NCBI GenBank assembly: GCA_937937185.1
Contig: CALDCO010000103.1
Span: 1 to 45,272 of the forward strand
Length of the DNA stretch: 45,272 bases
Direction: 5' to 3'
Source of the DNA: an uncultured Flavobacteriaceae bacterium
GTDB taxonomy: Bacteria; Bacteroidota; Bacteroidia; Flavobacteriales; Flavobacteriaceae
Made by a program: the position numbers and the translations under genes. Positions 9,215 to 19,025 of this stretch are shown here, one piece after another. Numbering within the stretch: position 1 is the first letter of the stretch; each line of letters begins with the position of its first letter. A model generated the notes under the pieces. That model was not told the origin of the DNA and did no database searches. It saw only the letters and a list, made by a program, of their open reading frames with translations.

Positions 9215-9245
9215 AAAAAACCCAATCTTTAAATTGGGCTTTTAA
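9215..9245 (-). terminator. Probable rho-independent terminator between convergent genes
   Basis: 6-bp stem cccaat/attggg (9221-9226 / 9233-9238). On the minus-strand RNA it is followed by a UUUUUU tract, and on the plus strand by cuuuu. It lies between the stop codons at 9124 and 9262. Confidence 0.5.
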
Positions 9246-9261
9246 AACTTGTTCGTTAAAG

Positions 9262-12200
9262 TTAATGTTTAACAATTCTTGTAGCGATTAATTTTTCACC
9301 TTCTTTTAACATTAAAAAGTAGACACCAGAATCATTACTTGCATTTAATTTCACGTAAGGAGAATTATTTTTAACACCTGTTTCAAAATCTATTTTTTTA
9401 CCTAACATATCGTATATGGTAATGTTTTTAGCATTGAAATTTGAAACATTAATGTTTAAATTGTAAATGCCATTAGATGGGTTTGGCCAAACTTTGAGTA
9501 TTTTGTTTTCTTTAATTTGTTTCCCTTTAGGGGAAATACCAATGCATTTTTGTACCCTTACTTTTTTACATGTTCTTTCGCGGCAACGAACTATTCCATT
9601 GTTTCCATATGTTATTAAACATACTAAATAGACACCGTTAGAAGGAAATTCATAAGTAAAATTTTGATTATTACTAACAACAGTTCCATTTACTGTCCAT
9701 TCCCAATTGGTAAGAGTTACACCATTAGAAACAGAAGATTGATCACTAAAATAAAAGTTACAGGATGTTTTTGCTTCCATAAAATCGAAGTCTGCATCAA
9801 TTTCACAAGGTTCAACGGTGTCACAGTTTTTAACCTCTACTTTTTCACAAATTTGATCTTTACAGTCCTCATTACCATTATCTCCTACAATGGTTAAACA
9901 TACTAAATAGGTACCGTTAGAAGGGAATTCGTAAGTAAAGTTTTGAGTATTACTAACAACAATTCCATTCACTGTCCATTCCCAATTGGTAAGAGTTACA
10001 TCATTAGAAACAGAAGATTGATCAGAGAATAAGAATTTACATTTATCTTCTAAGAAATTAAAATCAGCATCAATTTCACAAGGTTCAACGGTGTCACAGT
10101 TTTTAACCTCTACTGTTTCACAAATTTCATCTTTACAGTCCTCATCACCATTATCTCCTATAATGGTTAAACATACTAAATAGGTGCCGTTAGAAGGGAA
10201 TTCGTAAGTAAAGTTTTGAGTATTACTAATAACAGTTCCATTTACTGTCCATTCCCAATTGGTAAGAGTTACGCCATTAGAAACAGAAGATTGATCTGAG
10301 AATATGAATTTACATTTATCTTCTAAGAAATTAAAATCAGCATCAATTTCACAAGGATTAATACCGCAAGATACATTTATGGTGGTTGTATTTTCGCAAC
10401 CTGTTATAGGGTTTATAGCGAGAAGCTCCACAGACCCAGCTGCAGACCAATCAACATAAGCAACATTGGTAGGGTTACTTCCAACGAGCGTTCCTCCTAT
10501 GATTGTCCAGTAATATTCTAAATTTGGATCGATAGTACTTGGCGAATATTGTGCAAATTGATTTACTGGAGTAGGGCAATTCACACCAGTAGGCCCAACT
10601 ATTGAAACTGCATCAGGAACATCTATAGTGATTGTTTTTGTAACTGAAGACGTGTTTATTTCTCCCGATGCCAGTTGTGTGGTATTTGTAAAGGTTACAT
10701 TATAAGTTCCATGTGCCGTATAAGTATGAGATGGATTTTCTAAGGTTGAAGTATTTGTGTCTCCAAAATCCCAACTAAATTGATCTCCACAACTTAAATT
10801 ATGAAATTGTACTTCACCACAATTAGTAATGCAAAAATCGAAATCAGCATCAGTAAGTCCTAATGGGACATCGATCATATTAGGTAATGAAATTCTACTT
10901 TTACCCATACCACTTATGGTAGGCAAAAATACACCATAATCATTATAGCCTATTGCATTAGGGTTTGTAATTGTAATTTCTTCATTTGGATAGTTAATAA
11001 CATCTAACCATGGTTCAAAATTCCTATTCATGTAAATTTTCCCATCTGGTCCTATTTGAAGTGATTTATAGAAACTAGAATTACTAGTTGCAAGTTCTTT
11101 AAAATTTGCAGCATTTCCGCAGACTAAGATTTCATTTACCTTATATTGTCTTAAACTTGTACCTTGCGCTACATATAGAAATTCTGAATTAGGACTAAAA
11201 GAGACACCATACCCACCAGTGTAGGGAGTGGAAGCTACTAATGTTATTTGACCATTAGTACGATTTATTTCATAAATGAATAAAGAGTTAGAATTAATAT
11301 TGGTAGCAGCCATTAATCGTCCATTAGGAGCAATATCAATTTGTCCTATCCAATCATTTCCTCCAGAATATATCTCAGGAACAAAAAACGCATCACTTAT
11401 AACGGGTGAATTACTTACACCACTGCTAGTTACTTGGTAAGCTAAAAATTTATCATTTACGCCAGCTTCAGCACCGTGATAAATTATCCAAAAATCTGAG
11501 CCGTTACAATGCGGAGCCGCCGCTAAATGTTCAGTGACTGTATAATTAGTTAGAGGAGCTTGGTTTAATATTGTTGGAAAATTTTGTGTTACACCTTCGT
11601 ATAAAGAATATCTAATGCCTTCGGAAAGAGCGCTTTCTACACCAGGATTATTAAAAACATAATAATTGTTAGAACTATTTGGGGCTGGAATAATAACTGC
11701 ACCTTGAGCTGGAGATTCATTTGACGCTAATGTTCTTAATGAATTAGTAATAGTACCTGACGCATTCCAAGCAATTCTGCCATCGGTATAAAACTCTAAA
11801 TTTCCAGCTGCATCGCATACTGATGCTGCTCCCTCTGTCCTTGAATTTTGAGAGCCAATAAATCCAACTGGTGCACCACTAGTGAAGTCTACAGCACAAA
11901 GTTGCTGAAAATACCATTGCGCCTGAGCTCCTGTAATACCAGTTCCGCAATCTGTAACATAAACAGCATTTACTGAAGTGTTAACTAAATTAGTTGTACC
12001 ATCATTGGTCTCTAAAATAGCATCAAAATCTCCCGATGTATTATAAGTAATAGTATGCGGCCCAACTCCAGTTGCGGTAGAGGGTGTTCCTCCAGGGAAT
12101 GTCCATAAAAAGCTTGTAGCTGTATTACTCGTTGTAGTCGCAGTATAATTTACGGTGTTATTTGCGCATATTTGAGAAACTGTTTGTGTAAATTCAGCTA

Positions 12201-13311
12201 ATAATCCAGGAGGAGCACATGGCACCCCAGTAAGTGTTAAATTTTCAGGTGATACTAAGTTAGATCGAACAGTATTTATAGTCGCCTCCATCCAATCTTT
12301 TTGACCTAATGTGTAAGTATTTTTACACGCATCAAACGTATAATCCATATAGTTTTCAATTTGAGCACCGCTACAAATAGGAGTAGAGCAAGTACTTCCT
12401 AATTTAGTTGGCGGCGTATCACAAATTAGATCTCCTTCCGTATTACAATTAACTTCACTACATGATGCACCTTGAAAGGTGTGATACAACCCTAGATAAT
12501 GTCCAGCTTCATGAACCATCGTCATACCTAAATCATACCCAGGAAGTAAACTATAGGTTCCTCCTCCAGAATTATCTCCAAATACATTTGTTTGTATTAC
12601 AATACCATCTAGGGGACCACCTGTTAATGGTTGAGGCGCATATCCAATCACACCTGTAGGAGATCCGTTTATTGTTGAAACCAACCAAATGTTTAGAAAT
12701 TGGTTTGAAGGCCAATTAATTACACTCATTAAATTGGCTTGAGAAACTGCCGATAATCCTGTGTTTGTTTGTGCATCTTGAATTCGGTTTACTCCAGAAA
12801 TTCCTGGCCATGAAACAGTACTACCACTAGAACCATTTTCAGCAAAACAAAAGGTAATATCTGTGAATACAGAATTTATTCCTCCTCCAATATTATCAAA
12901 TGCAGCATTTAACCGATCCATTTGTGATTGTATTTGCGCATCAGAAATATTAGTACCAGTACCAACAGGTTCTCCATTGTGAATAACATGAACAACTACT
13001 GGTATTCTGTATTGCGAACTGTCTGAACCAAAATGTTTTTTATTCGAAATGTATTGTTGAATAGTTTTGATAGTTTTATAATAGTCATCTCTAACTAAAG
13101 CATTTTGTTTAAGTGCTTCTTCTCTAATAAAATCTGTACCACAAATTTCAGAGGCGCCTATATTTACCAATGGCGATTGTTTCTGATAATTAATTATTCT
13201 ATTAACATTGGGTATTTGGGCAGCTCCTAGACATGTATAAAATAGAAATACGAATAATAATCTATGCAGTAACAAGATTAATAAAACATTTAATTTCACT
13301 TTTCGTTTCAT
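9262..13311 (-). CDS. Secreted M43 (pappalysin/cytophagalysin-type) zinc metalloprotease with beta-propeller-like and PKD-like domains and a T9SS C-terminal sorting domain
   Basis: Metzincin motif HEAGHYLGLYH. Canonical PKD motif FSWDFGDTNTS...HTYTAHGTYNVTF. Three tandem 91-aa Cys-rich PKD-like modules. C-terminal VWPNPSNGIYNLNI...IYDMLGKKI...GVYFLMLKEGEKLIATRIVKH is typical of type-A T9SS sorting domains. Confidence 0.85.
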   Translation of the reverse strand: MKRKVKLNVLLILLLHRLLFVFLFYTCLGAAQIPNVNRIINYQKQSPLVNIGASEICGTDFIREEALKQNALVRDDYYKTIKTIQQYISNKKHFGSDSSQYRIPVVVHVIHNGEPVGTGTNISDAQIQSQMDRLNAAFDNIGGGINSVFTDITFCFAENGSSGSTVSWPGISGVNRIQDAQTNTGLSAVSQANLMSVINWPSNQFLNIWLVSTINGSPTGVIGYAPQPLTGGPLDGIVIQTNVFGDNSGGGTYSLLPGYDLGMTMVHEAGHYLGLYHTFQGASCSEVNCNTEGDLICDTPPTKLGSTCSTPICSGAQIENYMDYTFDACKNTYTLGQKDWMEATINTVRSNLVSPENLTLTGVPCAPPGLLAEFTQTVSQICANNTVNYTATTTSNTATSFLWTFPGGTPSTATGVGPHTITYNTSGDFDAILETNDGTTNLVNTSVNAVYVTDCGTGITGAQAQWYFQQLCAVDFTSGAPVGFIGSQNSRTEGAASVCDAAGNLEFYTDGRIAWNASGTITNSLRTLASNESPAQGAVIIPAPNSSNNYYVFNNPGVESALSEGIRYSLYEGVTQNFPTILNQAPLTNYTVTEHLAAAPHCNGSDFWIIYHGAEAGVNDKFLAYQVTSSGVSNSPVISDAFFVPEIYSGGNDWIGQIDIAPNGRLMAATNINSNSLFIYEINRTNGQITLVASTPYTGGYGVSFSPNSEFLYVAQGTSLRQYKVNEILVCGNAANFKELATSNSSFYKSLQIGPDGKIYMNRNFEPWLDVINYPNEEITITNPNAIGYNDYGVFLPTISGMGKSRISLPNMIDVPLGLTDADFDFCITNCGEVQFHNLSCGDQFSWDFGDTNTSTLENPSHTYTAHGTYNVTFTNTTQLASGEINTSSVTKTITIDVPDAVSIVGPTGVNCPTPVNQFAQYSPSTIDPNLEYYWTIIGGTLVGSNPTNVAYVDWSAAGSVELLAINPITGCENTTTINVSCGINPCEIDADFNFLEDKCKFIFSDQSSVSNGVTLTNWEWTVNGTVISNTQNFTYEFPSNGTYLVCLTIIGDNGDEDCKDEICETVEVKNCDTVEPCEIDADFNFLEDKCKFLFSDQSSVSNDVTLTNWEWTVNGIVVSNTQNFTYEFPSNGTYLVCLTIVGDNGNEDCKDQICEKVEVKNCDTVEPCEIDADFDFMEAKTSCNFYFSDQSSVSNGVTLTNWEWTVNGTVVSNNQNFTYEFPSNGVYLVCLITYGNNGIVRCRERTCKKVRVQKCIGISPKGKQIKENKILKVWPNPSNGIYNLNINVSNFNAKNITIYDMLGKKIDFETGVKNNSPYVKLNASNDSGVYFLMLKEGEKLIATRIVKH
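9535..10353 (-). repeat. Three in-frame tandem 273-bp repeats inside the M43 gene
   Basis: The repeat phase is marked by aaaatc.gcatcaatttcaca ending at 10353, 10080 and 9807, an exact period of 273 nt. Copies 1 and 2 differ only by scattered substitutions. Copy 3 is more diverged. Confidence 0.9.
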
Positions 13312-13434
13312 AATGATTATTAATTAATTGTCTAAATTTATTCCTTCGATTGTTTGGCTTTTAAACCCTACTTTAATATGCTTAAGCAATTTTATAATTA
13401 CTAAAATTACTTTTTATATGGGGTGATAAGAAAA

Positions 13435-13944
13435 TTAATTCCTGTATTCTTCAAAATCAAGATTATCGTAATCGTCAATGTTAAAATCGTCGTCTTCATC
13501 AAAACTATCAGTACTGGCTTCAAATAGTTTTTCAGGAGCAGTTTCAGGTACTTGCCCTTTAACAAACATAAGGTTAGGATAATCCATGCCTTCTGCTTCA
13601 TCTACAATTTCTGCCAATTCTACATAAAAAGTCCACATGCTCATAAAATCGTAAACATAAATTAACTTCGTTTGAGCTTCGTGCACTGTATCGGCTAGAA
13701 TGGTTTCATTCATTAACCTAACGGTGTTTAAGCCTTCGCTCATGTCGAATAATGAAATTTCTTCACCTTGGTTCCATTTGTCATCACTTACATAAAAGGA
13801 TGCCATTTCAGAACCATCAAAACCAAAAGATTGGGTAATGATATTATGTAGGTCTTCAAGGGTGTCTGTTTCTCGAATTTCTAAATCGCGAAAAATATCT
13901 TCTTCTGTATCGTTATCTAGGATGACTCTAAATCTATAAATCAT
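13435..13944 (-). CDS. Small cytoplasmic protein resembling the pRiA4b ORF-3 / MM3350-like domain, with an acidic tail
   Basis: IYRFRVIL...DIFRDLEI...TLEDLHNIITQSFGFDGSEMASFY follows the pattern I associate with PF07929-type proteins (Y.hkh.L....W R.h.h....TL.DLH.hIQ.AfGW...HL..F). The C-terminus is D/E-rich. The call rests on motif memory only. Confidence 0.45.
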   Translation of the reverse strand: MIYRFRVILDNDTEEDIFRDLEIRETDTLEDLHNIITQSFGFDGSEMASFYVSDDKWNQGEEISLFDMSEGLNTVRLMNETILADTVHEAQTKLIYVYDFMSMWTFYVELAEIVDEAEGMDYPNLMFVKGQVPETAPEKLFEASTDSFDEDDDFNIDDYDNLDFEEYRN

Positions 13945-13971
13945 GAAGGAATGTATGTTCTAGTTAGTTTG

Positions 13972-13979
13972 CAAAGATA
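13972..13979 (-). promoter_or_regulatory. Candidate -7 promoter box (TATCTTTG)
   Basis: The minus strand reads tatctttg (TAnnTTTG), 27 nt upstream of the ATG at 13944. Confidence 0.4.
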
Positions 13980-14103
13980 GTACTGTACTCTGTATCTTTT
14001 AAGAAATAAAAATTGTTTTCCTTTTGTTTTTTTAAAAACTCAATATGAGTTTAAAGATACATAAAATTGAATGCTTAATAAAATTGTAATTTAAATGAAA
14101 ACT

Positions 14104-17100
14104 TTAATTATTACCATAACTAAATAAGGTATGCCTCTCATTATTGTTTATCACTAGGACTTTGTTGTCTTTATTAAATTTAAGATTAATGAGATGTCTA
14201 ACATCCTTATTAGCGAAAAAGCCACTTTCAAAACTAGGAGCGTAATTAAAAGCACCTTCACCATTGGCTAACAAAAGATGCCCAGTACCAGCATCGAATC
14301 GAGTAGTCTCTATTTCCGATTGATAGTTATTACCAGCCATTAACAAGTCTTTTTTTAAATCACCATTAAAATCGTCATAAAGAATACTATTTATGGGAGA
14401 TTTTTGTATTTCATTAGTAAAAGGTTTAAAGGTGTAATGACCGCTTTCTTCTAACTCAAAAATACCCGATCGAAATTCGGTGGCGGTTAAGTGAAGGGCG
14501 TTATTAATTTCTTTACCTAAAATACTATTTATGTCCATTGAAGCAAACTCGTTGTAGGTTTTTATTTTTTGTTTTAATGAAGGAATTTGTTCAGATGAAC
14601 AACTTTTACCTCTTACTGGGACTTGCGCATCATTGTAATATTTTACTAAAAAAACATCTTGAATTCCATTATTATCAAAATCTTTAGTGTAATTGTGAAA
14701 TGGTTTTTCTTTTGAGGCTTTATTCGAATAATTTAAACCTAAATTTCCTGCAATAATATCGAGATCTCCATCTTTATCGTAGTCGAGAATTTTTAGACAG
14801 TTCCACCATCCTTTTGTCTCAGATAGCTCAGGATATTTTATAGACTTTTTTAAATACCCATTGGTATTTTCAAACACCTCAATGCCCATCCATTCACCAG
14901 TTACTACAAGGTCACTATCACCATCTTTATCCATATCTACCCAAACGGCATCGGTAACCATACCCGTTTTTTCAAGCTCGGGCGCCAAGTTAGGTGTTGC
15001 AATTTTAAACACGCCTTTGGTGTTTATAAGTAACTGACTTTTTGGGGAATAAGGGTATTTTTCAGAGATTAAACGACCTCCAATAAAAAGATCGATATCG
15101 CCATCATTATCATAGTCTGAAGGAACAACCATGGATCCTGCAACTCTAAAGTCTGGAAGACAACTTGTACATCTAGAGAATGTATTTTTGTTATTAAGGT
15201 ATAAACGATCCTGTAGTAGTTTAGAGCCTATTGGGAATTCATAACTTCCGCTTACGACATAAAGGTCTAAATCCCCATCCTGATCGGCATCAAAAAAAAG
15301 AGCGCCGATGTCCTCATGGGCTTTATCATTAAAAAAATCTTTAACCACTAGCGGTTTAAAAGCACCAGAATTATTTCCTAAAAGAAGCTGACCAGATTGT
15401 AAATATCCCCCTCCTAAATACACATCGTCAATACCATCGTTATTAATATCGGCCTTAGCAACAGCAGGACCGAGTTGTGACAATTTGTGAGGTAGTAGTT
15501 GTTGCAACTGATAATCGTTGTACAAACTGTCTTTATGGCGGTAAGGAAAAGCGTCTTCTTTAAACCATTTTTTAGTATCAACCGTTTTTACTAAGGCTTG
15601 TTCTTTTTTGGTCGCATTTTGGTAAGTTATTTTAAGTGGTTTATTAGAAGAAATAGTATGAAGCTCTTGCGTTTTTCCATCTGGCCATAACACTTTTATT
15701 TTTTGAATTATTTTTTTATCCCCTAACCCAAAGTGTAAGGTGTTAGATACTGAGGATAAGTAGCCTCTTGAGTTTATTAATTGTCTGGTTTGTGTGCTTT
15801 TATCATCAAAAACCAAATGAACTCGAACGCCTAAACCATTGATATTATTTTGAGGCCCTTCAAAGCTAATTTTAATGAAATTTTTAGCGCTGTTATTTGC
15901 AGCGTCATTCCTTAAAATAGAGGCTTTTTCATTAATATTATTTATTACAATGTCTAAATCGCCATCATTGTCCAAATCACTATATACTGCACCATTAGAG
16001 AACGTTGGTTTTTGTTTTAACCATTTGCTGGTGACATCACTAAAAGTGAGGTCTTTATTGTTTTTAAAAAAATAATTATTTAATTTTTGTTGCGGAAGCA
16101 TTCGGGTATATTTCAAAAAGTCTTTTTTAGATGGCTTGCGCTTTTTCTTTCTCAATTCCTTTAAAATACTTGCATTTACATCTTTGTTTATAACATCTCT
16201 AAAAACACCGTTTGTAATAAAAATGTCCTTATGACCGTCCAAGTCAAAATCGGCTACCAGGGGAGTCCAGCTCCAATCGGTATTAGCAATACCCGATAAG
16301 TGTGCAATTTCGCTAAACGTCCCATTCTTATTATTCATTTGTAAGACATTGTGCATGTATTGGTAATGATACCCTTTGTTAACCATTTGAGTGAATTTAT
16401 GTATTGAAGACATAGACATTGTTGTTTTAGATCTAATATAATCTTCGGGGCTCATATCTAAAGCCAATAAATCATCAAAGCCATCATTATTAAGGTCAAC
16501 AATATCACCACCCATACTGTAGAACGACTGGTGTTTAAACATATGCTCTCTTTGGTCGCTAAACGTGCCATTACGGTTATTAATATAGGCAAAGTCTGGC
16601 ATGTCGAAATCGTTATTAACGTAGATGTCAAGCCAACCATCATTATTTAAATCGCCTACTTGAGGATTTAAACCAAAAGCAATGTCTGGAGCAATTCCTG
16701 CTTTACCAGTAATGTTTACATATTTAGCATTTCCTTTGTTTTCATAAAGTTTGTCACTTCCTCCTAATTTTATAGTCGTGCTATCGTTTTTTATGTCTCG
16801 CATGTTAATGATTTGACGGCTTTTTTTTGTAGAAATGGGCGCATTGGCAACATAAAGATCTAAATCATTGTCATTATCAAAATCAAAAAATGTCGCTTGC
16901 ATGCTTCTATTAGAGTCGTCTAAACCATACACTTTAGCTTGTTCAGTAAAAGTGAGATCGCCATTGTTTATGTATAATAAATTAGTTCTTTTTTTTGCCT
17001 CTTTAAACCATCCAGCTCTACAAATATAAATATCAAGAAAACCATCGTTATTGATGTCTACAATAGAAACTCCAGTTTTAAAGCCTTCTATAGTTTTAAT

Positions 17101-17478
17101 ACCCGAGGTTGAAGTTCTATCTTTAAAAACCAAATTTCCTTGATTCACATAAAGTTTGTTTTCATTGAGATTTGAAACAAAAAAAAGATCTTGCAAGCCG
17201 TCGTTATTAAAATCGGCTGTAGCGACACCGCTTCCGTTATAAGAATAAATATACTGGTAGTAATGAAAGTCTTCATTTTCTACTAATTTATTTACGAAAT
17301 TCACTCCAGAATGCTCAGAAGAAATTTCTGTAAATAATGTTTTTTTTTGCTTTTCTAGTAATTCTTTCGACTCTTTTTTACAGCCCAGTAATAGAAATGG
17401 CATTATACAAAAAAAACTTTTGTATGGCTTATGTTTATTAGTAACTATACTTAATATCGTTTTTATGATGTATTTCAT
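14104..17478 (-). CDS. FG-GAP/VCBS-repeat protein with ASPIC/UnbV-like region (CRTAC1 family), probable lipoprotein
   Basis: Many Ca-binding-type repeats are present: DFNNDGLQDLFF, DINNDGFLDIYI, DLNNDGWLDIYV, DLDNDGDLDIVI, DADQDGDLDLYV, DYDNDGDIDLFI, DMDKDGDSDLVV, DYDKDGDLDIIA. The UnbV/ASPIC-like signature is GYLSSVSNTLHFGLG. The alternative start MPFLLLGC (ATG at 17403) gives a lipobox. Confidence 0.8.
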   Translation of the reverse strand: MKYIIKTILSIVTNKHKPYKSFFCIMPFLLLGCKKESKELLEKQKKTLFTEISSEHSGVNFVNKLVENEDFHYYQYIYSYNGSGVATADFNNDGLQDLFFVSNLNENKLYVNQGNLVFKDRTSTSGIKTIEGFKTGVSIVDINNDGFLDIYICRAGWFKEAKKRTNLLYINNGDLTFTEQAKVYGLDDSNRSMQATFFDFDNDNDLDLYVANAPISTKKSRQIINMRDIKNDSTTIKLGGSDKLYENKGNAKYVNITGKAGIAPDIAFGLNPQVGDLNNDGWLDIYVNNDFDMPDFAYINNRNGTFSDQREHMFKHQSFYSMGGDIVDLNNDGFDDLLALDMSPEDYIRSKTTMSMSSIHKFTQMVNKGYHYQYMHNVLQMNNKNGTFSEIAHLSGIANTDWSWTPLVADFDLDGHKDIFITNGVFRDVINKDVNASILKELRKKKRKPSKKDFLKYTRMLPQQKLNNYFFKNNKDLTFSDVTSKWLKQKPTFSNGAVYSDLDNDGDLDIVINNINEKASILRNDAANNSAKNFIKISFEGPQNNINGLGVRVHLVFDDKSTQTRQLINSRGYLSSVSNTLHFGLGDKKIIQKIKVLWPDGKTQELHTISSNKPLKITYQNATKKEQALVKTVDTKKWFKEDAFPYRHKDSLYNDYQLQQLLPHKLSQLGPAVAKADINNDGIDDVYLGGGYLQSGQLLLGNNSGAFKPLVVKDFFNDKAHEDIGALFFDADQDGDLDLYVVSGSYEFPIGSKLLQDRLYLNNKNTFSRCTSCLPDFRVAGSMVVPSDYDNDGDIDLFIGGRLISEKYPYSPKSQLLINTKGVFKIATPNLAPELEKTGMVTDAVWVDMDKDGDSDLVVTGEWMGIEVFENTNGYLKKSIKYPELSETKGWWNCLKILDYDKDGDLDIIAGNLGLNYSNKASKEKPFHNYTKDFDNNGIQDVFLVKYYNDAQVPVRGKSCSSEQIPSLKQKIKTYNEFASMDINSILGKEINNALHLTATEFRSGIFELEESGHYTFKPFTNEIQKSPINSILYDDFNGDLKKDLLMAGNNYQSEIETTRFDAGTGHLLLANGEGAFNYAPSFESGFFANKDVRHLINLKFNKDNKVLVINNNERHTLFSYGNN

Positions 17479-17525
17479 TTTTTAGGCAGAAAAATTATGA
17501 AGGGTTTTTATTATAATAATATCAA

Positions 17526-18569
17526 CTAATTATCACTTTTTAATTTTATGGCCGATAGGTTAAGTAAATACACATAAAATTGAATACCTATTAAAATCGT
17601 AGCGACAACAATATGCATGGGTTGCGATAAAAAGGGGAAATTAAAATAATACATTAATATACCAGTAATTATTTCTATAACAATAAAAGTAAACACTAAA
17701 TTCATTTTTTTAAAGCCTAAGTTTCGTTTTTTATTAGTATAGAACAACCAAACATTTGTAGCAAGTACCAGTACAGAAAATGTGCGATGAATATAAAAGG
17801 ATATAGTAGGCTTAGCCATCCATTGCGCTTTTAAATAGCCAATTGCTTTTACTTGCTCATCGACATGTTGCCTTACTTGTGTTCCTAAAATGATTTGAAT
17901 GAGCGATAAAGCGATTGCAACTAGTAAAATAGTACTAAATAGCGAATGGTATATTCGTTTTTTAAAATTCGTTTTAGAGGCATATATAACGTATAATATA
18001 AAAGCAACAATTACTATTGCCATAACCATATGAATAGTAATTTTATACGGTGCTAAATTAGAATCTACCACCGTTTTCCCTAACCAGGCTTGAAAACCCA
18101 TCCCAAAAACAGTAATTACAGAGAGTATTGTAATCCATTTATTTTTTTTCCAAAACCAGAATGAGAGTATGGTAAAAATAAGAATGGGAATACCAGAAAG
18201 CGCTCCAATTAATCGATTAATATATTCTATCCAGGTATGTACAGCATTAAATTTTGCATAGTCATGTGCGGTATAAGGTTCCCAATTTTCTGTATTTAAT
18301 GTTTTAGCTGAAGTAAAATTTTGTTTAGCGACCCACAAGGCCTCTTTTTCAATGATAATAGTGCCTTGCTCATAATTATAATTTGGCTGAAACTGAATTT
18401 GATATTCTTCAGTAGGCGGTATGAAATACCCAAAACATTTGGGCCAATCGGGGCATCCCATTCCAGAACCCGTCATGCGAACAACAGCCCCTGCAATAAT
18501 AACGAGATAAACCAATACTAGTGCTGTTTTTGCAATATTTCTAAAGTGTTTATCTATAAATGCCACCAT
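17526..18569 (-). CDS. ctaA: Heme A synthase (COX15/CtaA family)
   Basis: Polytopic membrane protein with an N-terminal GMGCPDWPKCFG motif and conserved His residues in TM helices. Confidence 0.8.
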   Translation of the reverse strand: MVAFIDKHFRNIAKTALVLVYLVIIAGAVVRMTGSGMGCPDWPKCFGYFIPPTEEYQIQFQPNYNYEQGTIIIEKEALWVAKQNFTSAKTLNTENWEPYTAHDYAKFNAVHTWIEYINRLIGALSGIPILIFTILSFWFWKKNKWITILSVITVFGMGFQAWLGKTVVDSNLAPYKITIHMVMAIVIVAFILYVIYASKTNFKKRIYHSLFSTILLVAIALSLIQIILGTQVRQHVDEQVKAIGYLKAQWMAKPTISFYIHRTFSVLVLATNVWLFYTNKKRNLGFKKMNLVFTFIVIEIITGILMYYFNFPFLSQPMHIVVATILIGIQFYVYLLNLSAIKLKSDN

Positions 18570-18571
18570 AC

Positions 18572-19024
18572 TTAAACCAATTCTTTTTTATAACAAATGC
18601 TATTTTTCATTTTTTCATATTGCCCATAATTAGGAATAACACGATACCCGCATTTTTTATAAAATTTTACAGCTTCAATCTGACGCTTTCCCGTTTCTAA
18701 AATGGTGTAATGATAACCTTTTTCTTTGGCCCAAATTTCTAATGTTTCTATAATAGAAGAAGCAATTCCTTGGCCCCGAACTTCAGGTTTGGTATACATG
18801 CGTTTAATTTCTGCACTATTGGTATTAAATGATTTAAAGGCACCACAAGCGACAGGGATATGATCTAAATAGGCTATAACGACATATTTTAAAATAGCAA
18901 TAGTATTAAATTGATTATAAAATTCATGCTCATCGCCGTCTGTAATTTTTAAATAACGGTCTAATAATTTTACCAAATGAATAAAATCCTTATGACTACT
19001 GTTGGTTCGAATAATTTTTAACAT
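18572..19024 (-). CDS. GNAT-family N-acetyltransferase
   Basis: 150 aa with the acetyl-CoA binding motif VRGQGIASSII. Packed 1-2 nt from the flanking genes. Confidence 0.8.
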   Translation of the reverse strand: MLKIIRTNSSHKDFIHLVKLLDRYLKITDGDEHEFYNQFNTIAILKYVVIAYLDHIPVACGAFKSFNTNSAEIKRMYTKPEVRGQGIASSIIETLEIWAKEKGYHYTILETGKRQIEAVKFYKKCGYRVIPNYGQYEKMKNSICYKKELV

Positions 19025-19025
19025 A

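Noticed and set aside
9535-10353. Possible CRISPR array or non-coding tandem repeat
   Set aside because: The 273-bp period is a multiple of three and lies in-frame within a long ORF. The units encode a PKD-like protein module and there is no repeat-spacer organisation. No cas genes occur anywhere in the window.
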